A stretch of 64,000 nucleotides of DNA, taken from Pseudomonadota bacterium. GTDB taxonomy: Bacteria; Pseudomonadota; Gammaproteobacteria; Burkholderiales; SG8-39. Below the pieces are notes generated by a model. It worked only from the letters and a program-made list of their open reading frames with translations, was not told the origin of the DNA and did not search any database. This document shows, one piece after another, positions 12,299-23,591 of this stretch (position 1 is the stretch's first letter; every line of letters starts with the position of its first letter). Where the stretch lies: positions 4,439 through 68,438 of the forward strand of contig JAQBXT010000006.1 in assembly GCA_027624175.1 (NCBI GenBank), read 5' to 3'. The position numbers and the translations under genes were made by a program.

Positions 12299-12769
12299 CT
12301 AGAGCTGCTTCTTGATCGCATCGAGCAGATCGGCGTGCGCCTTGGCGTCGACCTCGCGGCGCAGGATCTTCTCCGCGCCGGCCACCGCCAGGGCGGCGAC
12401 CTGGTCGCGCAACTTCTCTCGGGCGCGCGACACTTCCTGCTCGATCTCGGCTTTGGCGGCTGCTTTTTCGCGGGCGCCTTCGGCCTTGGCGCTGGTCTTC
12501 GCATCTTCGATCACCTGGGCGCCACGCTTGTCGGCCTGCGCGACAATGTCGGCCGCGCGGTGGCGCGCGCCTGCGACCTCTTCGCCCGCCTGCTTTGCGG
12601 ACAACTCGAGCGACTTCTTGCCCTGCTCGGCGGCGGCCAGGCCGTCGGCAATCGTCTTCTGGCGGGCCTCGATGGCGCGCAGCAGGGGCGGCCAGACGAA
12701 CTTGACGGTGAACCAGATGAACAGGGCAAAAGCCGCGGCTTGCCCGATCAATGTGAGGTTGAAACTCAT
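12299..12769 (-). CDS. atpF: F0F1 ATP synthase subunit b.
   Basis: 156-aa ORF with an N-terminal TM helix and a long charged coiled coil. Operon position supports the call. Confidence 0.93.
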   Translation of the reverse strand: MSFNLTLIGQAAAFALFIWFTVKFVWPPLLRAIEARQKTIADGLAAAEQGKKSLELSAKQAGEEVAGARHRAADIVAQADKRGAQVIEDAKTSAKAEGAREKAAAKAEIEQEVSRAREKLRDQVAALAVAGAEKILRREVDAKAHADLLDAIKKQL

Positions 12770-12791
12770 TGCGGCCCCTGCGGGGTTTCGA

Positions 12792-13909
<1,118 letters not shown>

Positions 13910-14308
13910 TCAATCTTGCTCGCGTACAAAAAACGCCATGCCGAATAGCAGGACCGTGACGATGAACGATCCGAAAAACGCGGGTGCGACGACCCCGTGG
14001 TACGTCGCCAGCACCAGCCACAGCAGGAGCACGATGAGACCGAGCTTGACGCCTTCGGCCACCAGCGCACGGACCAGGACCTCCGCTGCGGACTGCGCTT
14101 TCCCCTTCGATGCCACCACCGCAGAAATCCATCCGGCGCATATGCTGACCGCACCACCCAAGGCTGCGGACAGCGCGCCGTCGACTCCGGCCAGAATCCC
14201 CCCGGCGAGCGTCAAGGCAGCAGTCGCGAACAACTGCCACCGCAACACGGTGTAAACCGGCTTGCGCAGGAGGCCCAGACTGGCGTTCACGCTCCAGACA
14301 CCCTGCAA
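13910..14308 (-). CDS. atpI: ATP synthase protein I.
   Basis: 132-aa hydrophobic ORF abutting the atpB start. TTG start at 14308; a downstream in-frame GTG is also possible. The call rests on position and topology. Confidence 0.7.
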   Translation of the reverse strand: MQGVWSVNASLGLLRKPVYTVLRWQLFATAALTLAGGILAGVDGALSAALGGAVSICAGWISAVVASKGKAQSAAEVLVRALVAEGVKLGLIVLLLWLVLATYHGVVAPAFFGSFIVTVLLFGMAFFVREQD

Positions 14309-14381
14309 AGCCGCGCGATTTTAACGGGTTGCACCAAGTATGGTCAACGCATTGCGCCGCACCAATTGCCTTGTGTCATGT

Positions 14382-15221
14382 TCAGCGGAGCTTCTTGAGA
14401 ATATGGTCCAGGTGATCGAGGCCCGAGTAGTGCACGATCACTTTGCCCCCGCCCTTGCGACCGGCGCGAATTTCCACGGTCGTGCCCAACCGCCCGGACA
14501 TGTCTTCCTCCAGTCGGCGAAGGTCGCGGTCCGCGGCCTTCGCCGTGCGGCGCGCGCCCTGGCCACGCAGCATCCTGGCCACCAGTGCCTCGGTTTCGCG
14601 CACCGACATGCCGCGCGCCGCCACCCTGTTCGCCGCCTCGATCTGGCGCGCGCCGTCGAGCGCGAGCATGGACCGCGCATGCCCCATCTCCAGTACGCCC
14701 TCCATCACCATGGCCTGCACGGGCTTGGCCAGGCGCAGCAGCCGGAGCAGGTTGGTGGTGGCGCTGCGGGAACGCCCTACGGCGTCGGCCGCCCGCTCGT
14801 GAGTCATGTGGAATTCGTCCACCAGCCGCTGCAGCCCCGCGGCCTGTTCCATGGGATTGAGGTCTTCCCGCTGGATGTTCTCGATCAGCGACATGGCGAG
14901 CGCGGATTCGTCGGGGACGTCGCGGACCAGCGCCGGGATTTCCTGCAAGCCGGCCAGTTGTGCGGCGCGCCAGCGCCGTTCGCCCGCGATCAGCTCGTAG
15001 AGGTCGCGATCCAGTGGGCGCACAAGCACAGGTTGCATCACTCCATGCGACTTGATCGACGCGGCAAGCTCGGCCAGGGCCTCCTGGCCCATGCGCGTGC
15101 GCGGCTGGTACTTGCCGGGGCGGATGCTGCCGACGGGCAACGTGGTCTGCGAATCGCGCGGCGCTTCGCCCGCGCCAAGCAGCGCGTCCAGACCGCGTCC
15201 CAACCCCTTCGGCTTGCTCAT
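14382..15221 (-). CDS. parB: Chromosome partitioning protein ParB.
   Basis: In ORF 14382..15452 the real start is MSKPKGLGRGLDALLG at 15221. Contains the ParB box LIAGERRWRAAQLAGL and the HTH region. Confidence 0.95.
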   Translation of the reverse strand: MSKPKGLGRGLDALLGAGEAPRDSQTTLPVGSIRPGKYQPRTRMGQEALAELAASIKSHGVMQPVLVRPLDRDLYELIAGERRWRAAQLAGLQEIPALVRDVPDESALAMSLIENIQREDLNPMEQAAGLQRLVDEFHMTHERAADAVGRSRSATTNLLRLLRLAKPVQAMVMEGVLEMGHARSMLALDGARQIEAANRVAARGMSVRETEALVARMLRGQGARRTAKAADRDLRRLEEDMSGRLGTTVEIRAGRKGGGKVIVHYSGLDHLDHILKKLR

Positions 15222-15240
15222 GATTTGTGCCTCGAATGTT

Positions 15241-16026
15241 TCATGCGGGCGCCGCCCGCCCGACGCGCTCCCGCTCGAGCACTTCCTCGGCCAGCGCCAG
15301 GTAGGCCTGCGAGCCTTTCGATTCCGGGTCCCACAGGACTGCCGGCGTGCCGTAACTCGGCGCTTCCGCGAGGCGGACATTTCGCGGCACGATGCTGCGA
15401 TAGACCTTTTCGCCGAAATGCGCTTCGAGCTGATCCGATACCTGCAGCGCAAGCGTGTTGCGCGCGTCGTACATGGTGCGCAGAAGCCCGGCGATTTCGA
15501 GGTTTGGATTGAGATTCGCGCGCACGCGCTTGATCGTGCCGACGAGATCCGACAGACCTTCCAGGGCGTAGTACTCGCACTGCATCGGGATCAGGACCGA
15601 CTGCGCCGCCACCAAGCCGTTGAGCGTCAGCAGCGAAAGTGAGGGCGGGCAATCGATGAACACGAAATCGTATTCGTTCTCGACGGCGCCGAGCGCCGAC
15701 TTCAGGCGGCTCTCGCGGTTCTGCAGTTCCACCAGCTCGATTTCGGCGCCGGCGAGATCCCGGTTGGCGGGCAACAGGTCGTAGCCGCCGCGCTCCGCGC
15801 GCGTGCGGATATTGGCGATCTCTCCCAGGCCGAGCAGCACGTGATAGACGGTGCGCGCGGCGGCGCGCTTGTCGACGCCGCTGCCCATGGTGGCGTTGCC
15901 CTGCGGATCGAGGTCGATGAGGAGCGTGCGCTGGCCAATCCGCGCCAGCGCCGCCGAGAGATTGACGCTGGTGGTCGTCTTGCCGACGCCACCCTTCTGA
16001 TTCACCACCGCGATGACGCGCGCCAT
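15241..16026 (-). CDS. parA: Chromosome partitioning ATPase ParA.
   Basis: In ORF 15241..16248 the real start is MARVIAVVNQKGGVGKTTT (deviant Walker A) at 16026. Confidence 0.95.
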   Translation of the reverse strand: MARVIAVVNQKGGVGKTTTSVNLSAALARIGQRTLLIDLDPQGNATMGSGVDKRAAARTVYHVLLGLGEIANIRTRAERGGYDLLPANRDLAGAEIELVELQNRESRLKSALGAVENEYDFVFIDCPPSLSLLTLNGLVAAQSVLIPMQCEYYALEGLSDLVGTIKRVRANLNPNLEIAGLLRTMYDARNTLALQVSDQLEAHFGEKVYRSIVPRNVRLAEAPSYGTPAVLWDPESKGSQAYLALAEEVLERERVGRAAPA

Positions 16027-16028
16027 GC

Positions 16029-16658
16029 TCACGCGGCGCAGCGACACAAGACGAGGTGCCGCTCCGCGTCGAGTTGCGGAACCCGCAGGCGGCGCACGTC
16101 GCGGCATTGCGCATCGGCGGGAACGCGCTGCAATTCGGCGATGGGCATTGCGCCTTTCATCGCTGCCAGGACGCCTCCCGGCACCAGCAGGTGCCGGCAC
16201 GCGGTGATGAACGCGGCGAGTTCCGCGAAGCCGCGCGTGATTACGCACGCGAATGCTTCCGCCGGACGCCAGACCTGCACGCGCCCGATGTGTACCTCGG
16301 CGTTGGTGAGCTGCAGTTCGATCACCGCTTGCTGCAGAAACGCAGCCTTCTTGTGGTTGGCGTCGTTGAGCGTAACGCGGCGCGCGGGCTCGGCGATGGC
16401 CAGCGGAATTCCGGGCAGGCCAGCGCCCGAGCCAACGTCGGCCAGTGTTCCCGCTGGCAGGTGGCGCAGCACGGCGAGCGAATCAAGCAGGTGGTGACTG
16501 ATCATCTTGTCTGCATCGCGAATCGCGGTCAGGTTGTAGGTCTTGTTCCACTTCGCGAGCAGTTCGAGGTAGTCGAGCAACTTGTCCTGCGCGCCCGCAG
16601 GCAAGGAAAGACCCAACGCGTCGAGTCCGCTTTGCAGTGTGGTCAAGCGCGACGTCAT
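16029..16658 (-). CDS. rsmG: 16S rRNA (guanine527-N7)-methyltransferase RsmG (GidB).
   Basis: 209-aa ORF with SAM motif [17 protein letters not shown]. The start overlaps the mnmG stop (ATGA). Confidence 0.93.
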   Translation of the reverse strand: MTSRLTTLQSGLDALGLSLPAGAQDKLLDYLELLAKWNKTYNLTAIRDADKMISHHLLDSLAVLRHLPAGTLADVGSGAGLPGIPLAIAEPARRVTLNDANHKKAAFLQQAVIELQLTNAEVHIGRVQVWRPAEAFACVITRGFAELAAFITACRHLLVPGGVLAAMKGAMPIAELQRVPADAQCRDVRRLRVPQLDAERHLVLCRCAA

Positions 16659-18547
16659 GCATGCTTTTTCTGCGGCTGCGCGCCTCTTTTCAGATGCACC
16701 AGCAGCAGCGAAATCGCCGCGGGTGTCATCCCCGAGATGCGTGCCGCCTGCCCCAGGGTCTCCGGGCGCTGCGACTCGAGCTTTTGCTGCGCTTCCTTGG
16801 ACAACCCACGCACGGCCCGGTAATCGATGTCTGTTGGCAGGGTCAGTTCTTCTTGCTGCGCGTACCGGGCAACTTCGCCTATTTGGCGGTCGATATACCC
16901 CCGGTATTTGGCCTGAATCTCCACCTGCTCAGCGACTTTCTCATCGCCGACGCCAACGCCGGCGTTATGAAATGTCATAAGTGAGCGATAACTAACTGAC
17001 GGGCGACGGAGCAGCGCGGCATAGGAGTATTCCCGTTCGATGGGTTGGCCCAGAACGCGAATCGCTTCGTCGTCCGACAGGATGCTCGGCCTCACCAAGA
17101 GTTGCTCCAGCCTGTCCTGCTCCAGAGAGATGGCGTCGCGCTTCGCGGAGAAAGCCCGCCAGCGGATATCGTCCACCACACCGAGCCGCCTCCCGATTTC
17201 TGTCAACCTGAGATCCGCATTGTCCTCGCGCAGCATCAAGCGATACTCCGCCCGGCTGGTGAACATCCGGTAGGGCTCCGACACACCGCGTGTAATCAGG
17301 TCGTCGACCAGTACGCCCAGGTACGCCTCGTCGCGTCGCGGACACCATGCTGGCTCGCCGCGCACCTGCAATCCCGCGTTGATGCCCGCCAGCAGGCCCT
17401 GCGCGGCGGCCTCCTCATATCCCGTGGTTCCATTGATCTGGCCTGCAAAAAACAACCCGGGGACAGACTTGGTTTCCAGCGAGGATTTCAGCTGGCGCGG
17501 GTCGAAGTAGTCGTACTCGATGGCGTAACCAGGGCGCAGGATGTGCGCTCCTTCGAGACCCCGGATGGAGCGCACCAGCTCGAGCTGTACGTCGAACGGC
17601 AAGCTTGTCGAGATGCCATTCGGGTAGATCTCATGGGTATCCAGGCCTTCCGGCTCGAGGAAAATCTGGTGACTTGCTTTGTCGGCGAAGCGATGGATCT
17701 TGTCTTCAATCGACGGGCAATACCGTGGGCCGATACCCTTGATGACCCCGGTGTACATGGGCGAACGATCAAGCCCGCTGCGGATCAGGGCATGCGTGCG
17801 TTCATTGGTGTGGGTGATCCAGCAGGGTCGCTGGGGCGGATGCTGCTCCCTCTTGCCGAGGAATGAGAAAACGGGTTCAGGCACGTCGCCCTGCTGCAGC
17901 CCCATCACGGTGAAATCAATCGTCCGCCCATCAAGGCGCGGAGGTGTCCCGGTTTTAAGTCGACCTACTGGCAGTTGCAGATCCCGCAGGCGCGCGGCAA
18001 GCGTCACTGCAGCAGGATCCCCCGCCCGGCCCGCTTCGTAACTCTCCAATCCGACGTGCACCCGCCCGGCCAGGAAAGTCCCCGCGGTTAGCACCACCGT
18101 GCGCCCCCTGAAGCGAATGCCCAGTTGGGTTACTACACCCGCAACGCGATCGCCTTCGAGCAGAATGTCGTCGACTGCTTGCTGGAACAGGGTCAGGTTC
18201 GGTTGGTTCTCCAGCCGATGCCGAATGGCACGGCGGTAAAGAACTCGGTCCGCCTGGGCGCGCGTGGCGCGCACCGCCGGACCCTTGGACGAATTCAGGG
18301 TGCGGAACTGGATTCCGGCCTCGTCGGTGGCCAGGGCCATGGCGCCCCCCAATGCATCGATCTCCCTTACGAGATGCCCTTTCCCGATCCCTCCGATGGA
18401 GGGATTGCAGGACATCTGGCCCAAAGTCTCGATGCTGTGCGTGAGCAGCAGGGTAGAGCAACCCATGCGGGCGGCCGCAAGTGCGGCTTCGGTGCCAGCA
18501 TGACCCCCGCCGACCACAATGACATCGAAATCTCGAGGGAAATCCAT
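16655..18547 (-). CDS. mnmG: tRNA uridine-5-carboxymethylaminomethyl synthesis enzyme MnmG (GidA).
   Basis: ORF 16655..18637. The conserved start [29 protein letters not shown] is at 18547. The upstream 30 codons of the ORF are read through the parS sites and are not considered coding. Confidence 0.95.
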   Translation of the reverse strand: MDFPRDFDVIVVGGGHAGTEAALAAARMGCSTLLLTHSIETLGQMSCNPSIGGIGKGHLVREIDALGGAMALATDEAGIQFRTLNSSKGPAVRATRAQADRVLYRRAIRHRLENQPNLTLFQQAVDDILLEGDRVAGVVTQLGIRFRGRTVVLTAGTFLAGRVHVGLESYEAGRAGDPAAVTLAARLRDLQLPVGRLKTGTPPRLDGRTIDFTVMGLQQGDVPEPVFSFLGKREQHPPQRPCWITHTNERTHALIRSGLDRSPMYTGVIKGIGPRYCPSIEDKIHRFADKASHQIFLEPEGLDTHEIYPNGISTSLPFDVQLELVRSIRGLEGAHILRPGYAIEYDYFDPRQLKSSLETKSVPGLFFAGQINGTTGYEEAAAQGLLAGINAGLQVRGEPAWCPRRDEAYLGVLVDDLITRGVSEPYRMFTSRAEYRLMLREDNADLRLTEIGRRLGVVDDIRWRAFSAKRDAISLEQDRLEQLLVRPSILSDDEAIRVLGQPIEREYSYAALLRRPSVSYRSLMTFHNAGVGVGDEKVAEQVEIQAKYRGYIDRQIGEVARYAQQEELTLPTDIDYRAVRGLSKEAQQKLESQRPETLGQAARISGMTPAAISLLLVHLKRGAQPQKKHA

Positions 18548-18581
18548 CGCAGCCCTGGGAAAGGCCGCAATGATACGTGAT

Positions 18582-18597
18582 GGTTTCACGTGGAACC
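18582..18597. promoter_or_regulatory. parS centromere-like site (ParB binding).
   Basis: GGTTTCACGTGGAACC matches 14 of 16 positions of the canonical parS TGTTTCACGTGGAACA (reverse complement TGTTCCACGTGAAACA). Only the outermost bases differ. Confidence 0.75.
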
Positions 18598-18620
18598 ACG
18601 GCTTCGCATCCAGACGGTGT

Positions 18621-18636
18621 TGTTTCACGTGGAACA
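18621..18636. promoter_or_regulatory. parS centromere-like site (ParB binding).
   Basis: TGTTTCACGTGGAACA is an exact match to the reverse complement of the classical parS TGTTCCACGTGAAACA. It lies 39 bp from the first site and about 2.6 kb from parAB. Confidence 0.85.
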
Positions 18637-18712
18637 TAGTCTAACGGCATAATGCTGCGTCGCAGCAAACAAAGGCACATGAGAGAATCGCTGCCCTTTT
18701 TCCTGTCTCCCC

Positions 18713-19891
18713 ATGATTTCCTTCGCACGGTACTCGACACTGCTGGCACTCCCAGAGGTTAAGCAGGCCTTTCTCAGCTCATTCCTGGGAAGAATTCCTA
18801 TTGGAATCGCGGGGTTGGCGATTCTTCTGCTCGTCCAGGACGTCGCTGGATCCTACGCTCTGGCGGGAGTAGTCGGCGCGAGTTACGTCGTCGGACTCGC
18901 TGCGGCCGCACCGCTGTTCGGGCGGCTGATCGACAGAATCGGCCCGCGCCGTGTCCTGACTGTCTGCGCATTTCTCTATCCGGCGACGCTGCTTGCCCTG
19001 ATTTTCTCTTTGATAAGCGATGCGCCCATTGCGATGACTCTGGTGTTTGCGGCAGTGGCGGGCGCGAGCTTTCCGCCGGTTACAGCTTGCCAACGCGCCT
19101 GGCTGCGCCAGCAACTTGGCGATGACGAGTTGCTCACCGCCGCACTTTCGCTGGACGCGATGCTGGTAGAGCTGGTGTTCATTGCCGGGCCGCTGCTGGT
19201 GGCAATCCTGGTCGCGTTGTTCTCGCCGGCGGCTGCTGTTGCCGCCGCGGCAATTTGCGGACTGGTCGGAACGCTGCAATTCCAGGGCACGCGCGCCCTC
19301 GCGACATGGCGCGTGACAGCGCAATTCGCCGGGACTCGTCTCGGCCCATTGGCCGAGCCGGGATTCGCGGTGCTATTGGGGCTCGTCACCTGCTACGCCT
19401 CGGTTTTCGGGCTGGTGGAAATCGGCGTGACCGCCTACGCGGCGCAGGCGGGTCAACCCGCGCTTGCCGGAGTCCTGCTGGCTGTCATGAGCGTGGGCAG
19501 CGCGATCGGCGCGCTCCTCTATGGAAGTCGACGCTGGCACACTACTCTTGCGCGCCAGTTCGCCTACTCGCTCGCTTTCATGGGTCTCGGAATCGTGCCC
19601 CTGGCGCTACATTGGAATCCGGTGCCTTTCGGCGCGTGGTGCGTGATCGCCGGTGTTGCCATGACGCCAACGCTCATCATTCAATCCACGCTCGTAATCA
19701 AGACGGTGCGAGCGCAGTATGCGACGGAGGGATTCACCTGGTCGGCCACTGCGCTGCTTGCCGGCGTAGGCATCGGCCTCGCCGCCGGCGGCTTGCTTCT
19801 GGAGCGTAGCGCAGTGACGCAACTATTTATGGTCGCGGCGCTGGTCAGCGTTGGCGCTGCGGCGCTGGCGCGGCGCCATCTGCGCGTTTGA
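18713..19891 (+). CDS. MFS transporter.
   Basis: 392-aa ORF with about 12 predicted hydrophobic helices and an MFS-like loop GRLIDRIGPRR. Confidence 0.8.
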   Translation: MISFARYSTLLALPEVKQAFLSSFLGRIPIGIAGLAILLLVQDVAGSYALAGVVGASYVVGLAAAAPLFGRLIDRIGPRRVLTVCAFLYPATLLALIFSLISDAPIAMTLVFAAVAGASFPPVTACQRAWLRQQLGDDELLTAALSLDAMLVELVFIAGPLLVAILVALFSPAAAVAAAAICGLVGTLQFQGTRALATWRVTAQFAGTRLGPLAEPGFAVLLGLVTCYASVFGLVEIGVTAYAAQAGQPALAGVLLAVMSVGSAIGALLYGSRRWHTTLARQFAYSLAFMGLGIVPLALHWNPVPFGAWCVIAGVAMTPTLIIQSTLVIKTVRAQYATEGFTWSATALLAGVGIGLAAGGLLLERSAVTQLFMVAALVSVGAAALARRHLRV

Positions 19892-19924
19892 CGCAGCGCT
19901 GGGCATGAAGAAAGCTGTGCCGAG

Positions 19925-22507
19925 CTAGCCTGGCCGCGCGGCGACGCCGGCGCGCCGGCGTTGCAGGAAGTACACGAAGGCGATCAACGCCAGCGCCGGG
20001 ATGTAGACCCAGTGTTCGGACGGCCGGTCGGTCGGCACCTTGATCGCCGCAACCTCGAAGCCCTGCTCGAAGCCCGATTTCTTCGCGCGGCTGCCGAATT
20101 TGACCGCGGTAACACGCACGTCGTCGCCAAAGGCACTGATCGTGAGTCCGGCGGCCGCGAGACGCTTGCGGCCCGCGCCCGGCTCCACCATCTGCACCGC
20201 TACCGTCTTGCGCACGTCCTCACCCTCGATGTTGGTGCCCTTGATCACCAGCACCAGGCGCTCCTTCTCCTCCAGCTCACCCGCTACGCGGAAGATCTCC
20301 TTGGCTGGCACCTCCGTGTAGGGCGCGTAGAGCTTGTCCATGAAGAAGTCGGGCCGGAAAAGGGCGAAGGTGCCCGCAAGCAGAAACACGACTTCCCACC
20401 ACCTGCACCGCGTATGAAACCAGCCGAGCGTGGCGGCGGCGAACGCAAGCGATGCAATGGTCGACGCGCAAACCACCAGCAGCACCTCCCACCAGCCGCG
20501 CACGTCGATCAGCAACAGCATCGGGTTGAACACGAAGACGAACGGCAGCACGACCGTGCGAAGCGCATACAACGAACCCTGAATTCCGGTCTTGATCGGA
20601 TCCTCGCCCGAGATAGCGGCAGCAGCAAACGTCGCCAGCCCTACCGGCGGCGTGATGTCGCCCATGATCCCGTAATAGAAAACGAACAAATGCACTGCGA
20701 TGAGCGGAATGACCAGCCCTGATTGAGCGCCCAGTTCGACGATCACCGGCGCCATCAGCGTCGCGACCAGAATGTAATTCGCGGTTGTCGGCACACCCAG
20801 GCCGAGCACCAGGCAGACAAACGCCGTGAACAGCAACATGACGAACACGTTGCCCTGCGACACCACCTCCACGAAATCTGTCATGCGGAAGCCGAGGCCG
20901 GTGAGAGTGATTCCGCCCACGATGATGCCGGCGGTTCCCGTGGCAATCGCGATCGAGATCATGTTGCGTGCACCGTCGTTCAATCCTTCGACCACTTCGA
21001 CCGACCCGCGTCGCGATGCCGCTGCCAGGTCGCGTCGACCGCGAAAGAAAGTGGTCAGAGGATGATGCGTCGCCATCAGGGCCATCAGCGTTACTGTCGC
21101 CCAGAACGCCGAGAGCGCCGGCGAGAGTTCTTCGATCATCAGGCACCAGATGAGCACGCCGATCGGAATGAGGAAATGCAGGCCCGCCTTCACCGTGGGC
21201 CAGGTTTCGGGCAGTACCGGGTTTTCGATGTCAATATCCTGCGGCAGGTCAGGACAGCGAGCAGCCACCCGGACCGTGTAGACGTAGAGCGCGGTCAGCA
21301 GCGCGCCCAACACCCAGGGCGCGACGACGGGACCCAAAAGATTTTTTACGCCCTCGGCCACCCAGTAGATCAAGCTGCACACGACGACCGATCCAGAGAC
21401 GCCCAGGCCCCAGGCCGTCAGTTTCTGCTGGAACGGACGCTCGCGCGCACTTGCGGTCGGCTCCAGACCGAGTTTGAGCGCCTCGAGGTGCACGATGTAG
21501 AACAAGGCGATGTACGAAATAATCGCCGGCAAAAATGCGTGCTTGATAACGTCGGTGTAGGGGATGCCGACGTACTCCACCATCAGAAAGGCCGCGGCAC
21601 CCATCACCGGCGGCATGATCTGACCATTGACCGAGGAGGCGGTTTCGATGGCGCCTGCCTTGATGCCGCCGTAGCCGGCCTTGGTCATCAGCGGGATCGT
21701 GAAGATGCCGCCTGACACCACGTTCGACACCGACGATCCAGAGATGAGGCCGTTCAGCGCCGAGGACACGACGGCGACTTTGGCAGGACCACCGCGCAGG
21801 TGACCGAGCATCGCGAACGATACCTGCATCATGTAGTTCCCGGCGCCCGCCTTGTCCAGCAGGGTTCCGAACAACACGAAGATGAAAATGTATCCTGCCG
21901 ATACCCCGAGCGCGACGCCGAACACGCCCTCGGTGGTCAACCACTGGTGCACAAGCAGGCGCTCCCAGGACGCGCCCTTGTGCGCGATCACGTCTGGCAG
22001 CCACTGGCCAAGCATCGCATAAGCGAGAAATACGATCGCGAGGATGGTCATCGGCACGCCGACCGCGCGCCGCGTCGCCTCAAGCAGCGCCACCAGCCCG
22101 ATTGACGCCACCACGATGTCCTGCAGGTTGGGCTGCCCCGGCCGCGTGGACAGTTGCGCATAGAAGAACAGGAAGTAAGCGCCGGCGGCGGCGGCGGCAA
22201 TGCCCAGAAGCCAGTCGAACCACGGAATACTCGCGCGCTGCGCGCTCGTGCGCAAAGCTGGATAGCACAGGAAGGCCAGCAGCAGCCCGACGCCCAGGTG
22301 CAGCGAGCGCGCTTCAGTATCGTTGAGGATGCCCCAACCGAAAGTGAAGGGCAGTGGCGAGGCGTACCAAAGCTGGAACAGCGCCCAAGCGACGGCCACT
22401 GCGAAGATCAGCTTGCCTGCGATGCCACCCGCGGCACGACCGCCGGTGTCGGCATCGGCGATCAGCTGTTGCAGGTCTGGGCTCGGTCCTGCCGCTTTAT
22501 CGGCCAT
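19925..22507 (-). CDS. TAXI-type TRAP transporter fused permease, with a C-terminal extension.
   Basis: 860-aa polytopic ORF immediately downstream of a TAXI solute-binding gene. The soluble-looking tail (DKLYAPYTEVPAKEIFRVAGELEEKERLVLVIKGTNIEGEDVRKTVAVQM...) resembles the DUF3394-type extension of these permeases; that assignment is from memory. Confidence 0.85.
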   Translation of the reverse strand: MADKAAGPSPDLQQLIADADTGGRAAGGIAGKLIFAVAVAWALFQLWYASPLPFTFGWGILNDTEARSLHLGVGLLLAFLCYPALRTSAQRASIPWFDWLLGIAAAAAGAYFLFFYAQLSTRPGQPNLQDIVVASIGLVALLEATRRAVGVPMTILAIVFLAYAMLGQWLPDVIAHKGASWERLLVHQWLTTEGVFGVALGVSAGYIFIFVLFGTLLDKAGAGNYMMQVSFAMLGHLRGGPAKVAVVSSALNGLISGSSVSNVVSGGIFTIPLMTKAGYGGIKAGAIETASSVNGQIMPPVMGAAAFLMVEYVGIPYTDVIKHAFLPAIISYIALFYIVHLEALKLGLEPTASARERPFQQKLTAWGLGVSGSVVVCSLIYWVAEGVKNLLGPVVAPWVLGALLTALYVYTVRVAARCPDLPQDIDIENPVLPETWPTVKAGLHFLIPIGVLIWCLMIEELSPALSAFWATVTLMALMATHHPLTTFFRGRRDLAAASRRGSVEVVEGLNDGARNMISIAIATGTAGIIVGGITLTGLGFRMTDFVEVVSQGNVFVMLLFTAFVCLVLGLGVPTTANYILVATLMAPVIVELGAQSGLVIPLIAVHLFVFYYGIMGDITPPVGLATFAAAAISGEDPIKTGIQGSLYALRTVVLPFVFVFNPMLLLIDVRGWWEVLLVVCASTIASLAFAAATLGWFHTRCRWWEVVFLLAGTFALFRPDFFMDKLYAPYTEVPAKEIFRVAGELEEKERLVLVIKGTNIEGEDVRKTVAVQMVEPGAGRKRLAAAGLTISAFGDDVRVTAVKFGSRAKKSGFEQGFEVAAIKVPTDRPSEHWVYIPALALIAFVYFLQRRRAGVAARPG

Positions 22508-22518
22508 CGTCTGTCCTC

Positions 22519-22557
22519 CCGAAAGACAAAAGGGGCGAAACTCGCGTTCCGCCCCTT
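22519..22557 (-). terminator. Intra-operon intrinsic terminator/attenuator between the TAXI binding-protein gene and the permease gene.
   Basis: On the minus strand, AAGGGGCG / CGCCCCTT form an 8-bp GC-rich stem followed by TTTTGTCTTTC. It sits 25 nt after the binding-protein stop. Confidence 0.6.
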
Positions 22558-22581
22558 CCTGGCGCTATGTCGTCCTGAGCC

Positions 22582-23544
22582 TTACTTCACCCAGCCCTTC
22601 TCCCGGTAATAGCGCACCGCCCCATCGTGCAGCGGCGCCGACAGCCCGTCTGTCACCATGTTCTCGGGCTTGAGCACCTGGAACGCCGGGTGAAGTTTCT
22701 TGAATTCGTCGAAATTGTCGAACACCCCTTTGACCACCGCATAGACGGTGTCGGCCGGAACCGTCGACGAGGACACCACCGTGGCGAGCACGCCGTAGGT
22801 CTTGGTCTCCTGCGGGTTGCCCGGATACAGGCCGCCCGGGATGATGGCGTGGGCGTAATACGAATTCGCCCGGACCAGTGCGTCCACCGCGGACCCGGTG
22901 ACCGAAACCAGCTTCGCGCCGCACACCGTCGTCGGGTCCTGGATGTTGGCCGACGGGTGGCCGACCAGGTAAAAGAATCCGTCGATCTTGCCGTCGCACA
23001 GCGCCGGTCCATGTTCGTCCGCCTTCAGCTCGGACGCGAGCGCGAACGCTGAAATATTCCAGCCCAAGGCGCCGATCAACTCGTCCAGCGTGGCGCGCGT
23101 ACCCGAGCCCGGGTTGCCGACGTTGAACTTCTTGCCCTTCAGGTCAGCGAAACTGTTGATGTTGGCTTCCTTGCGCACCACCACCGTCACCGGTTCCGGG
23201 TGCAAGGAAAACACCGCGCGCAGCTCGGCGAACGGCTCCTTGAACTGCGCCTTGCCCTTGACCGCGTTGTATTGCACGTCGGACTGCGCGACGCCCATGT
23301 CGAGTTCGCCCGCCTTGATGGTATTGATGTTGAACACCGATCCGCCGGTGGATTCGACCGAGCAGCGGATACCGTGCTTGGCGCGATCCTTGTTCACCAG
23401 CCGGCACACTGCGCCGCCTGCCGGGTAATACACGCCAGTCACGCCGCCGGTACCGATGGTGATGTACTTCTGCTGTGCCTGGGCCGCGGGCGCGAAGGCG
23501 CCGGCGACGAGCAAGCTTGCTGCAAGCGCGCTAAATATGCGCAT
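22582..23544 (-). CDS. TRAP transporter solute-binding protein, TAXI family.
   Basis: 320-aa ORF with signal peptide [27 protein letters not shown] hallmark sequence: [25 protein letters not shown]. Confidence 0.9.
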   Translation of the reverse strand: MRIFSALAASLLVAGAFAPAAQAQQKYITIGTGGVTGVYYPAGGAVCRLVNKDRAKHGIRCSVESTGGSVFNINTIKAGELDMGVAQSDVQYNAVKGKAQFKEPFAELRAVFSLHPEPVTVVVRKEANINSFADLKGKKFNVGNPGSGTRATLDELIGALGWNISAFALASELKADEHGPALCDGKIDGFFYLVGHPSANIQDPTTVCGAKLVSVTGSAVDALVRANSYYAHAIIPGGLYPGNPQETKTYGVLATVVSSSTVPADTVYAVVKGVFDNFDEFKKLHPAFQVLKPENMVTDGLSAPLHDGAVRYYREKGWVK

Positions 23545-23591
23545 GAGGGTCTCCTAGGGAATATGCTCGCCTAGCTTAGCCGATTGTCCTG

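Noticed and set aside
18548-18637. 30-codon N-terminal extension of the mnmG ORF ([21 protein letters not shown]...).
   Set aside because: The FHVK repeats are simply the two parS palindromes read as codons. Conserved MnmG sequence begins at [18 protein letters not shown] (18547).
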